The translations under genes and the position numbers were made by a program. The notes beneath the pieces were generated by a model. That model was not told where the DNA came from. It worked only from the letters and a program-made list of their open reading frames with translations, and did no database searches. A stretch of DNA of 64,000 nt, taken from Minisyncoccia bacterium (GTDB lineage Bacteria > Patescibacteriota > Minisyncoccia > Phycocordibacterales > UBA9973). The stretch is taken from the NCBI GenBank assembly GCA_039809265.1, contig JBDHUR010000001.1, forward strand, positions 5,914 through 69,913. The letters run 5' to 3'. Positions 56,637 to 64,000 of this stretch are shown here, piece by piece (position 1 is the first letter of the stretch; every line of letters starts with the position of its first letter).

Positions 56637-57476
56637 ATGGACAATCAAGAAATTATTCAAAAAATACAAGACCTATATGCTAGCGTTCCTGGTGCGCTAC
56701 AAAAAGCTATAGTTTCTTCAGATTATCAAAACAAAATTGTAGATATAGGCAAAAACAACAAACTAACAGTTGCACAGCTTGGGGACTTGGAACTTGTCAC
56801 AACATTTGTCATGCTCGGAGCAACTTCACCTAATAATTATAAAAGTGAGATTGCCGAAAAGCTTGGAATACAGGACGAAGCCGTAGTGAATAAAATAGTG
56901 GATGATGTAAACACACAAATATTTTCTACTATTCGTAATGAGCTAAAGGAAATAAATACACCAATAGAAGAAGAGGATGATGATAGCGAGACTTTTTGGC
57001 ATCACAGCGAGGAAGAGATGGATGCTGCCGGGTTTCAAGCAAACAACACGGCTGAAACAAACACCACATCCATACAGACTGTAAGCGCTAAAGACCAAGC
57101 GGAGCTAGAGAAATCTGGAATAGAGATAGAGAAAACACGCCCAACTTCCGAGGAATATGTGAAGGCAACAGTACTACCAAACTCTGGACTACCAGCATCT
57201 GGACTTCAGACACGCGAAAATATCCTAAATGGCATAGAGCACCCTACGGAAAGCAAGCCTTCATTTATAGACAAGCAATTCTCTGGTGTTTATACCATGC
57301 CAACAAAAGAGACAACATATACACCAAAACCTGTGGCGCCTGCGCAGACAGGCGCCACAGGTAAAGCAGCTGGCCCCGCTCCAATACCTGCACCAAAAGC
57401 GCCATCGACAGACTTGCCAACAAATACAGCAGGCGAGCCACCAGCAAAAATTGATCCTTATAGGGAAATAATATAA
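56637..57476 (+). CDS. Hypothetical acidic, Pro-rich cytoplasmic protein within the T4SS-like block
   Basis: 279 aa, no TM. Confidence 0.45.
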   Translation: MDNQEIIQKIQDLYASVPGALQKAIVSSDYQNKIVDIGKNNKLTVAQLGDLELVTTFVMLGATSPNNYKSEIAEKLGIQDEAVVNKIVDDVNTQIFSTIRNELKEINTPIEEEDDDSETFWHHSEEEMDAAGFQANNTAETNTTSIQTVSAKDQAELEKSGIEIEKTRPTSEEYVKATVLPNSGLPASGLQTRENILNGIEHPTESKPSFIDKQFSGVYTMPTKETTYTPKPVAPAQTGATGKAAGPAPIPAPKAPSTDLPTNTAGEPPAKIDPYREII

Positions 57477-57493
57477 TAGCTGAAAGCTGCCTT

Positions 57494-57910
57494 ATGCAAT
57501 TCAAAGTCCCACAATTTATAGATGTTGAAGACAAAATTTTTGGACCTTTTACGTTCCGACAATTTTTGTATCTGGCTGGAGGAGCGGGGATATGCTTTTT
57601 ACTTTACAAAACTCTGCCCCTCGTTGTAGCTATAATTATAATGTTGCCGGTCATAGCTCTTTCTCTTGCTTTGACTTTCTATAGAGTAAACGAAAAACCT
57701 TTCATATATATACTTGAGGCATATATAGGCTACCTTGGCAAAAACAAGCTGTACGTTTGGAAAAAAGCTCCGCCGGAAAAGAAAAGCACAGACAAGACAG
57801 ACGCTGCACAGAAACCGGCAGCAGAGAGTTACGTGCCAAAGCTTTCTGAAAGCAAGCTAAAAGACATATCTTGGAGTTTGGATGTGCTGGATGTAAATAA
57901 AGGCAATTAA
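57494..57910 (+). CDS. Small two-TM protein, VirB3/PrgI-like
   Basis: 138 aa; 'FTFRQFLYLAGGAGICFLLY' resembles the VirB3 'L(T)RP..FLGVP' region; lies upstream of virB4 as in most T4SS loci. Confidence 0.45.
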   Translation: MQFKVPQFIDVEDKIFGPFTFRQFLYLAGGAGICFLLYKTLPLVVAIIIMLPVIALSLALTFYRVNEKPFIYILEAYIGYLGKNKLYVWKKAPPEKKSTDKTDAAQKPAAESYVPKLSESKLKDISWSLDVLDVNKGN

Positions 57911-57939
57911 CAATTAAAAAACAAAATTGGTGATACAAT

Positions 57940-58605
57940 GTGCCATATATGGCTTTGAATGCTAGAGCAACTCAAGATTTTGTACCGATACAAGAGGTCA
58001 GAGACGGCGTCATAATACTAAAAGACGGCGGGGTACGAGCTGTTTTGCTTGCTTCTTCTATAAACCTCTCTCTCAAGTCCGCGGATGAACAGCAGGCTAC
58101 CCTTTTACAGTTTCAGACTTTTTTGAACTCGTTAGACTTTTCTACACAAATATCTGTCCAGTCCCGAAGGCTAGACATACGTCCATACTTAAACTTGCTG
58201 GAAAACAGGATGAAAGAACAGCTTGAGCCGTTGCTTAAAATACAAACAAGGGAGTACATAGAGTTTATAAGGTCTTTTACAGATAGTGTAAATATAATGA
58301 CAAAAAGCTTTTTCATAACCGTACCGTACACCCAACCTGCACTTTCTGCCGGCGGAGCAGTTAGCGGACTGAAGAATTTGATCCCTGGGCAAAAAAGCCA
58401 GCCGGATAAAAAAAGCACTGAGCAGCTGGACTTTGAAGAGAAAAGGAGTCAACTGGACCAGCGCATAGGGGTAATACAGCAGGGTTTGTCTCGTGTAGGT
58501 ATCCGCACAGTGGAGCTTGGGACAGAAGAGATAGTGGAGCTATTTTACAAAATTTTCAACCCAGGAGAAGTTACACAATCTATAAAACTAGATACGCAAA
58601 GCTAA
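57940..58605 (+). CDS. VirB4/TrbE N-terminal domain encoded as a separate ORF
   Basis: 221 aa; 'VRDGVIILKDGGVRAVLLASSINLSLKSADEQQ' matches the VirB4 N-terminal 'LEDGSIMSIARIDGVAFELEE' region; 'FFITVPY' matches VirB4 'LTLVVYP'. Confidence 0.6.
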   Translation: MPYMALNARATQDFVPIQEVRDGVIILKDGGVRAVLLASSINLSLKSADEQQATLLQFQTFLNSLDFSTQISVQSRRLDIRPYLNLLENRMKEQLEPLLKIQTREYIEFIRSFTDSVNIMTKSFFITVPYTQPALSAGGAVSGLKNLIPGQKSQPDKKSTEQLDFEEKRSQLDQRIGVIQQGLSRVGIRTVELGTEEIVELFYKIFNPGEVTQSIKLDTQS

Positions 58606-58609
58606 CAAC

Positions 58610-60445
58610 ATGGCAATTTTAGACTTCTTAAAAAAGAAAACAGACGCTGGAAATAATAAAAGGGCGGTTTTGCCTGTTTTACCTACAGAAATATACGAAG
58701 CGGCAACATTAGAGTTCAAAGATATTATAGCGCCTTCGGCGCTAAAGATAGAGCCGAAGGCGCTAAACCTTGGAGACAAAATGGCACGCACTTTCTTTGT
58801 CATATCTTATCCAAGGTATTTGTCAGACAACTGGTTCTCTCCGATCATAAATTTGGACAAGATATTTGATGTATCCATCTTCATACACCCCATAGAAACA
58901 GCCAAAATTTTGCGAGACTTCCAGAAAAAGGTAGCGGAAGTGCAAAGCCAGATAAGCATCCGCGAAAGCAAAGGTCTGGTGCGAGACCCGATGCTGGACA
59001 CTGCATACCAAGACCTAGAATCTTTGCGAGACAACCTACAGCAAGCGCAAGAGAAGATATTTGATGTTGGGCTTTATATTACAGTTTACGGCAATAACGA
59101 AAACGACTTGTTCAAGATAGAAAACGAGATAAAGTCTATATTGGAATCAAAGCTGGTATACTTGAAACCTGCCCTTTTCCAGCAAGAGGAAGGCTTTGAC
59201 TCTGTGATACCCATAGGCAATGACATACTGAACGTGCACCAAAAACTAAACTCCGAACCGCTTTCATCCATCTTCCCATTTGTTTCTTTCGACCTAACTT
59301 CCGACAAAGGAATACTTTACGGGGTGAATAGGCACAACTCTTCACTTGTTATATTTGACAGATTTTCTCTTGAAAACTACAACTCTATCATCTTTGCAAA
59401 GTCAGGCTCTGGAAAATCTTATGCTACGAAGCTGGAAATACTTCGTACACTCATGTTTGACACAGAAGTTATTGTCATAGACCCGGAAAGAGAGTATGAG
59501 TATTTAGCTGAAGCAGTGGGTGGAAGATACTTCAACATATCACTGTCTTCGCAACATCACATAAACCCTTTTGACTTGCCGGTGCCGCGAGAAGACGAAA
59601 CCCCGGCAGATGTGCTTCGTTCTAATGTCATAAACCTCGTTGGCCTATTCCGTATCATGCTTGGCGGATTGACCCCAGAAGAAGACTCTATAGTAGACAG
59701 AGCAATAACAGAAACTTACGCAATCAAAGACATAACTGCAGACTCCGACTTCTCCAACATTGAACCGCCGCTTTTGACAGACTTTGAGATGGTGCTTGCT
59801 GGCATGGATGGATCAGAGTCTCTGATACAACGCCTAACCAAGTTCACTAGAGGCTCTTGGTCTACATTTCTAAACCAGCCATCAAACGTAGACATAAATA
59901 AAAAATTCGTAGTGTTCTCCGTGAGAGACATGGAAGATGAGCTGAAGCCGGTAGCAATGTACATAGTCACGCACTTTATCTGGAACGCCGTGAGAAAGAC
60001 ACTGAAAAAACGCCTCTTAGTGGTGGATGAAGCTTGGTGGATGATGAAGTCAGACGACACAGCCTCTTTCCTTTACTCTATAGCCAAGCGAGGCAGAAAG
60101 TACTACTTGGGACTTTGCACCATAACCCAAGACGTGGGAGACTTCATGCGCAGTCCATACGGCGTACCCATCGTTACAAACAGCTCCCTACAACTCCTAT
60201 TGAAACAGTCTCCGTCTTCTATAGACCTGCTGCAAAAAACCTTTAATCTTACAGACGAAGAAAAATATCTGCTACTGGAATCCAATGTCGGGGAAGGGAT
60301 ATTCTTTGCCGGACTAAAGCATGTTGCTATAAAGATAATATCTTCATATACAGAAGACCAAATAATAACTTCCGACCCATCGCAGGTGTTAGCAATAAAG
60401 AAATCAAAGGATGAACTAGAAGCAGCGGAACGCGGTGTAAAGTAA
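58610..60445 (+). CDS. VirB4/TraC/CagE-family T4SS ATPase (middle plus C-terminal ATPase domain)
   Basis: 611 aa; 'FFVISYPRYLSDNWFSPII' (VirB4 'IYSFREYP' region), Walker A 'AKSGSGKS', Walker B 'LLVVDEAWWMM', downstream 'LGLCTITQD' motif. Confidence 0.8.
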   Translation: MAILDFLKKKTDAGNNKRAVLPVLPTEIYEAATLEFKDIIAPSALKIEPKALNLGDKMARTFFVISYPRYLSDNWFSPIINLDKIFDVSIFIHPIETAKILRDFQKKVAEVQSQISIRESKGLVRDPMLDTAYQDLESLRDNLQQAQEKIFDVGLYITVYGNNENDLFKIENEIKSILESKLVYLKPALFQQEEGFDSVIPIGNDILNVHQKLNSEPLSSIFPFVSFDLTSDKGILYGVNRHNSSLVIFDRFSLENYNSIIFAKSGSGKSYATKLEILRTLMFDTEVIVIDPEREYEYLAEAVGGRYFNISLSSQHHINPFDLPVPREDETPADVLRSNVINLVGLFRIMLGGLTPEEDSIVDRAITETYAIKDITADSDFSNIEPPLLTDFEMVLAGMDGSESLIQRLTKFTRGSWSTFLNQPSNVDINKKFVVFSVRDMEDELKPVAMYIVTHFIWNAVRKTLKKRLLVVDEAWWMMKSDDTASFLYSIAKRGRKYYLGLCTITQDVGDFMRSPYGVPIVTNSSLQLLLKQSPSSIDLLQKTFNLTDEEKYLLLESNVGEGIFFAGLKHVAIKIISSYTEDQIITSDPSQVLAIKKSKDELEAAERGVK

Positions 60446-60491
60446 CAGTTTTCCCTCGTTTTTTTGCTCAAAGTATTTTATACTTAGATAG

Positions 60492-61529
60492 ATGAAGATA
60501 AGCATATTTGCAAACTCGTTTAGAAAGTTTGCCTTAAAAGCGGTGTTGGCTTTTGCTTTTTTGTCTATACTTATTTCACCAGCCAACGCTTTGGCTCAAT
60601 CTTTGCTTGATTCTTCTTTTACTGCCAACGATGTATCGGTGGAACTTTCACCGGAAATACCGGCACCGAACCAGACTTTGACGATATCTTTAACAAGCTA
60701 CACGGTAGACCTAGATAAAGCGCGAATGACTTGGACACAAGACGGCAAGATAAAAAACAGTGGGACCGGCATAAAAGAGTTCAGTGTGCAAGTGGGTGAC
60801 GTGGGCTCAACAACAACCATAGATGTATCTATAGTTATAAATGGATTGAATAGATTTGACAAAAGGATAGTTGTCAGCCCCTCAGAAGTAGACATGTTGT
60901 GGGAAGCGGTAGACTCTTATGTTCCACCGTTCTATGAAGGAAAAGCACTGCCTTCATCCGAAGCTGTAATAAAAGTTGTGGCAATACCCAACAACAAGAC
61001 AAACAATACCGACATTCAAACCGGCAACTTTGTTTACAATTGGAAAAAGAACTTTGCAGCAGACCAAAGCGCATCTGGCTTTAGTAAAAATAGCTACGTT
61101 TTCAAGGCAAGCTACCTGAATGCAGAAGAAACAATATCTGCAAATGCAGCCTCAGTATCTGGCAACAGTGGCGGGGAAGGAAGCGTAACCATAGTGACAG
61201 GTAAACCTAAAATAATATTCTATGAAGACGCAGCAGGCATCGGCCCTGTATATGCCAGTGCCTTGAACCAAGGCTATAGACTGACCAACAACGAAGCCAC
61301 GGTCGTAGCCGTGCCGTATTTCTTCTCTGTGAGCAATCCTGCCGCCAAAGACTTGCTTTACAGATGGAGCATAAACAACAACAACATAGACACGCCTTCA
61401 CCGGCAAATACACTTGTCATAAAAAGCGCCGGGGAAACAGGACAAGCAAAAGTTGGCTTGCACTTGGAGTCCGCAAGTAAACTTTTCCAATCCATAGACC
61501 AGACATTTTTTGTAGACATAATAAAGTAA
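60492..61529 (+). CDS. Secreted protein (345 aa) in the T4SS-like block
   Basis: Signal peptide 'ALKAVLAFAFLSILISPANALA'; beta-rich composition. Confidence 0.5.
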   Translation: MKISIFANSFRKFALKAVLAFAFLSILISPANALAQSLLDSSFTANDVSVELSPEIPAPNQTLTISLTSYTVDLDKARMTWTQDGKIKNSGTGIKEFSVQVGDVGSTTTIDVSIVINGLNRFDKRIVVSPSEVDMLWEAVDSYVPPFYEGKALPSSEAVIKVVAIPNNKTNNTDIQTGNFVYNWKKNFAADQSASGFSKNSYVFKASYLNAEETISANAASVSGNSGGEGSVTIVTGKPKIIFYEDAAGIGPVYASALNQGYRLTNNEATVVAVPYFFSVSNPAAKDLLYRWSINNNNIDTPSPANTLVIKSAGETGQAKVGLHLESASKLFQSIDQTFFVDIIK

Positions 61530-61535
61530 AGCAGT

Positions 61536-63365
61536 ATGACTTTCAAAAAGATAATGAAAAATAAGGCGATGATAGCAATGAGGATTTTTATTGTTGCATT
61601 CATCGCATCCTTGCCATTTATCTCTCGTGCAGTATCTGGAACAGAAATGCAGACCAACGAACTGACAGACACTTCTGTACTAATAACCGGACGCATATTA
61701 AACCCAGACAACCAAAGCGTAAAAATAGGCACAGTAGAGCAAAACAACCCGCAAGCTTCATATGTATATACCAACCCGTTTACCTTGCTGGATGATGCCA
61801 GTGTGCCGCCAATAGAGGGTAGGACAGGAAATACTACAGGGTATGGGAACACAAGTGTGGGGGAAAGAACTGGTAAAAACAATACTACAGGATATGGTAA
61901 TACAAGCGTGGGAGAAAAAGGTGTTTACAATAACACTTCAGCTTATGGAAACACTGGTGTTGGAGAAAAAGGCTCCGCATACAACAGTGTGGTGTACCAA
62001 ACCATCTCTGGCCTTGCACCAAATACTACATACTGCTCTGTGGTAGTAGATGCCAGCGATCCTTCCAATACACCTATATATGGCAGTGAGATATGCTACA
62101 CCACACTTGCAACAGGCGCTTCATATAAAAATGGGGAACTGACAAGTGTGGTATTAGACACACAGTCAATGACAGATACTAGTGCAACGATAAAGTTTAT
62201 GGTAAATCCAGACGGAAAAGCACTCGGACTTAGCCTAAAATATGGCGTTGGCAAAAAGGACTTTACAGACAGCGACTATACCAAAGACATAGGGGAATTC
62301 TTCCGCACTGCGACGACCACTTCCAACAGCCTGCCTGCAACAGCAGAGATCAAAAATCTAGAGAAAGATACAACTTACTATTATGAAGTTTACAACACAG
62401 ACACAAAAGAAGTTTACCACGACAACTTATTCACAACAGCTGCTTCTGCCGGCACAGTTATAAACCAAAACAGCAGTAATACCACAACAACAACTACATG
62501 CGTACCAGGGGAGTACTGCTTGCTTGCTCCGCTTCCGGGACTTTCAAAGATAAATGTACAAACGACAGGTATAGGCGGATACCTTGCAATAATATTCAAG
62601 ATAGGTATAGGCCTTGCTGGAGTATTGGCTGTGGTGATGCTGGTAGTTGGAGGCATACAGTACATGTCTACAGATGCGTTTTCTGAAAAAGCAGATGGCA
62701 AGTCTAGAATGATGAATGCAATCATTGGGCTTCTGCTTGTCCTTGGTGCATGGGTTATACTAAATACACTAAATCCAAATTTGCTCATATTCAATCTGGA
62801 TTTACAGAAGGTTTCTATAACAGTTGACCCTTCTCTCATAGATAGTGATGAAGCAGAGACACAACCACCAACTGGTGCTAACTACACATCATATCCATAT
62901 AAAAATCGAGACAAAATAGACGATGTTTTTCCAACACCTAAAACATCTGATATGCTTGGCACACTCAAAACTTTAAATGTCGATGTAAGTGGTTCAAACA
63001 GTTCAAAACCCATCTGTGATACAGTTGGACAAACAGGCTGCACAGCATTGGCTGGCATACCTTCAAAGGTTACTGTTGGGCTGCAAAAAATTAGGACAAA
63101 GTGTCCTAATTGTGAACTTACAATAACTGGCGGAACAGAATTTTGGCTTCATAAATCACATGGTCCTGGAAAAGATAAGATTGACTTAAGAAACAACTCC
63201 CGGGCCTCAAACTTTGTAAAATATGTGACTAGCGGTAAAAAAATAGGGCAGATAACTGGGTGGGGTGTACTGTATGTTACAGATGGAATAGAGTTTGTTG
63301 ATGAGGGAAATCATTACCATGTCTGGGGTTGGAATAATGACCATGCTTCAAGTTATAATAAATAA
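61536..63365 (+). CDS. Composite surface protein: signal peptide, GYGNTSVGE repeats, FN3-like modules, VirB2/TrbC-like double-TM hairpin, C-terminal LAS-metallopeptidase-like domain
   Basis: 609 aa; 'GGYLAIIFKIGIGLAGVLAVVMLVVGGIQYM...GKSRMMNAIIGLLLVLGAWVIL' hydrophobic hairpin; 'HKSHGPGKDKIDL' and 'EGNHYHV' resemble H-x(n)-D / H-x-H zinc motifs. Confidence 0.5.
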   Translation: MTFKKIMKNKAMIAMRIFIVAFIASLPFISRAVSGTEMQTNELTDTSVLITGRILNPDNQSVKIGTVEQNNPQASYVYTNPFTLLDDASVPPIEGRTGNTTGYGNTSVGERTGKNNTTGYGNTSVGEKGVYNNTSAYGNTGVGEKGSAYNSVVYQTISGLAPNTTYCSVVVDASDPSNTPIYGSEICYTTLATGASYKNGELTSVVLDTQSMTDTSATIKFMVNPDGKALGLSLKYGVGKKDFTDSDYTKDIGEFFRTATTTSNSLPATAEIKNLEKDTTYYYEVYNTDTKEVYHDNLFTTAASAGTVINQNSSNTTTTTTCVPGEYCLLAPLPGLSKINVQTTGIGGYLAIIFKIGIGLAGVLAVVMLVVGGIQYMSTDAFSEKADGKSRMMNAIIGLLLVLGAWVILNTLNPNLLIFNLDLQKVSITVDPSLIDSDEAETQPPTGANYTSYPYKNRDKIDDVFPTPKTSDMLGTLKTLNVDVSGSNSSKPICDTVGQTGCTALAGIPSKVTVGLQKIRTKCPNCELTITGGTEFWLHKSHGPGKDKIDLRNNSRASNFVKYVTSGKKIGQITGWGVLYVTDGIEFVDEGNHYHVWGWNNDHASSYNK

Positions 63366-63368
63366 CAG

Positions 63369-64000
63369 ATGAAAAAAGCAATTAAGACATTTCTAATAAT
63401 AGTACTGGTCGGGGCAGCGGTGTTTGGCGGCTTGTGGTACTTGAAGAGCAGAAATGGAGCAGTAAACGAGAACGGCACTACGAACGGAGGAGGTATAACA
63501 CTTCGCGACTTTTTCCCATTTGGATCAGATACTAAAGTTACGGACGAAGAGCCTCTTACTCCGTCAACAGAAACAAAAGATGAGGAACCAGCGGCATCTG
63601 TCGCAAAAGAACAAAACCTTGTACAGATATCCGGTAACCCTGTAGCGGGGTTTGGTTTCGCCATGGTAAATGTAGCACCAGACGGAAATGCTGTGGCAAA
63701 AGAATATGTGACAGTAAAAGCTGGTATTACTTTCACCAAAGATTTGGCTCGCGACAGCAAAGATAACCAAGTGAAGGAACTACAAAAACTTTTCAACCAG
63801 TGTGAAGAACTTCAGCTAGCAGTCTCTGGTGTCGGCTCAGTAGGGAAAGAGACTACGAGCTTTGATGAAAAGACAGAAAATTCTCTGAAGATTTTCCAAA
63901 CAATGTTTAGAAACATAGACCCTGCAACAAACGCTCCACTTGATCCTTCAGGCAAGGTAGATGCACAAACTAGAGCGAAACTGAATACTCCTTTTGACTG
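63369..64000 (+). CDS. Membrane-anchored protein with PG_binding_1-like peptidoglycan-binding domain (gene runs off the window end)
   Basis: N-terminal TM 'FLIIVLVGAAVFGGLWYL'; 'FDEKTENSLKIFQTMFRNIDPATNAPLDPSGKVDAQTRAKL' matches the PG-binding pattern. Confidence 0.5.
   Translation, partial: MKKAIKTFLIIVLVGAAVFGGLWYLKSRNGAVNENGTTNGGGITLRDFFPFGSDTKVTDEEPLTPSTETKDEEPAASVAKEQNLVQISGNPVAGFGFAMVNVAPDGNAVAKEYVTVKAGITFTKDLARDSKDNQVKELQKLFNQCEELQLAVSGVGSVGKETTSFDEKTENSLKIFQTMFRNIDPATNAPLDPSGKVDAQTRAKLNTPFD

Noticed and set aside
1-64000. Searched for a CRISPR array (regular 25-40-bp direct repeats with unique spacers) and cas genes
   Set aside because: Only short coding tandem repeats were found (18-bp x2.7 at 7694-7750, 18-bp direct repeat pair at 11274/11403). 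There is no repeat-spacer architecture and no Cas-like proteins.

Overview
Low-GC (~40%) bacterial chromosome segment in the standard genetic code, since very long ORFs are intact.

The first ~49 kb is a housekeeping backbone: recJ, a HIT-family gene, pgk-tpiA, rplJ-rplL, nusA, ppa, tig-clpP, rny, hup, a ZIP transporter, cca, an MGMT-like gene, xth, a xerC/D-like recombinase, rpsO, pnp, a dksA-like gene, yifB/comM, an M23 peptidase, uvrD/pcrA and ksgA. These are interleaved with many short signal-peptide or membrane proteins of unknown function. Four tRNA genes lie at 23.0-25.1 kb: Gly-UCC, Pro-UGG, Gly-GCC and Arg-UCG. Almost every convergent gene junction carries a perfect GC-rich hairpin that looks like a bidirectional rho-independent terminator. 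No CRISPR array, rRNA or obvious transposase was found.

Gene content and organisation suggest a streamlined, possibly Patescibacteria/CPR-like lineage. The supporting signs are a trigger factor lacking a PPIase domain, rplJL detached from rpoBC, rpsO-pnp interrupted, and a PGK-TIM pair. This is inference only.

The most interesting region is a co-directional block from 46.5 to 64 kb, especially 50.6-64 kb. It encodes what looks like a divergent, minimal type IV secretion or conjugation-like apparatus. The parts are a VirB4-family ATPase split into two ORFs, a VirB6/TrbL-like polytopic membrane protein with large fused domains, a small VirB3/PrgI-like membrane protein, and a VirB2-like hydrophobic hairpin embedded in a large FN3-plus-LAS-peptidase-like surface protein. 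It also has several large secreted proteins and a PG_binding_1 protein, but no coupling protein, relaxase or VirB11 in view.

Other points worth a second look:
- A 34-bp perfect palindrome inserted in-frame in a yraN-like gene, with two related palindromic operator-like sites in its promoter.
- A glycine-rich secreted paralog cluster containing an 18-bp tandem repeat.
- An FG-GAP protein with a T9SS-type C-terminal sorting domain.
- A block of giant charged coiled-coil proteins at 39.7-46.4 kb.

Coordinates derived by hand may be off by 1-2 nt.
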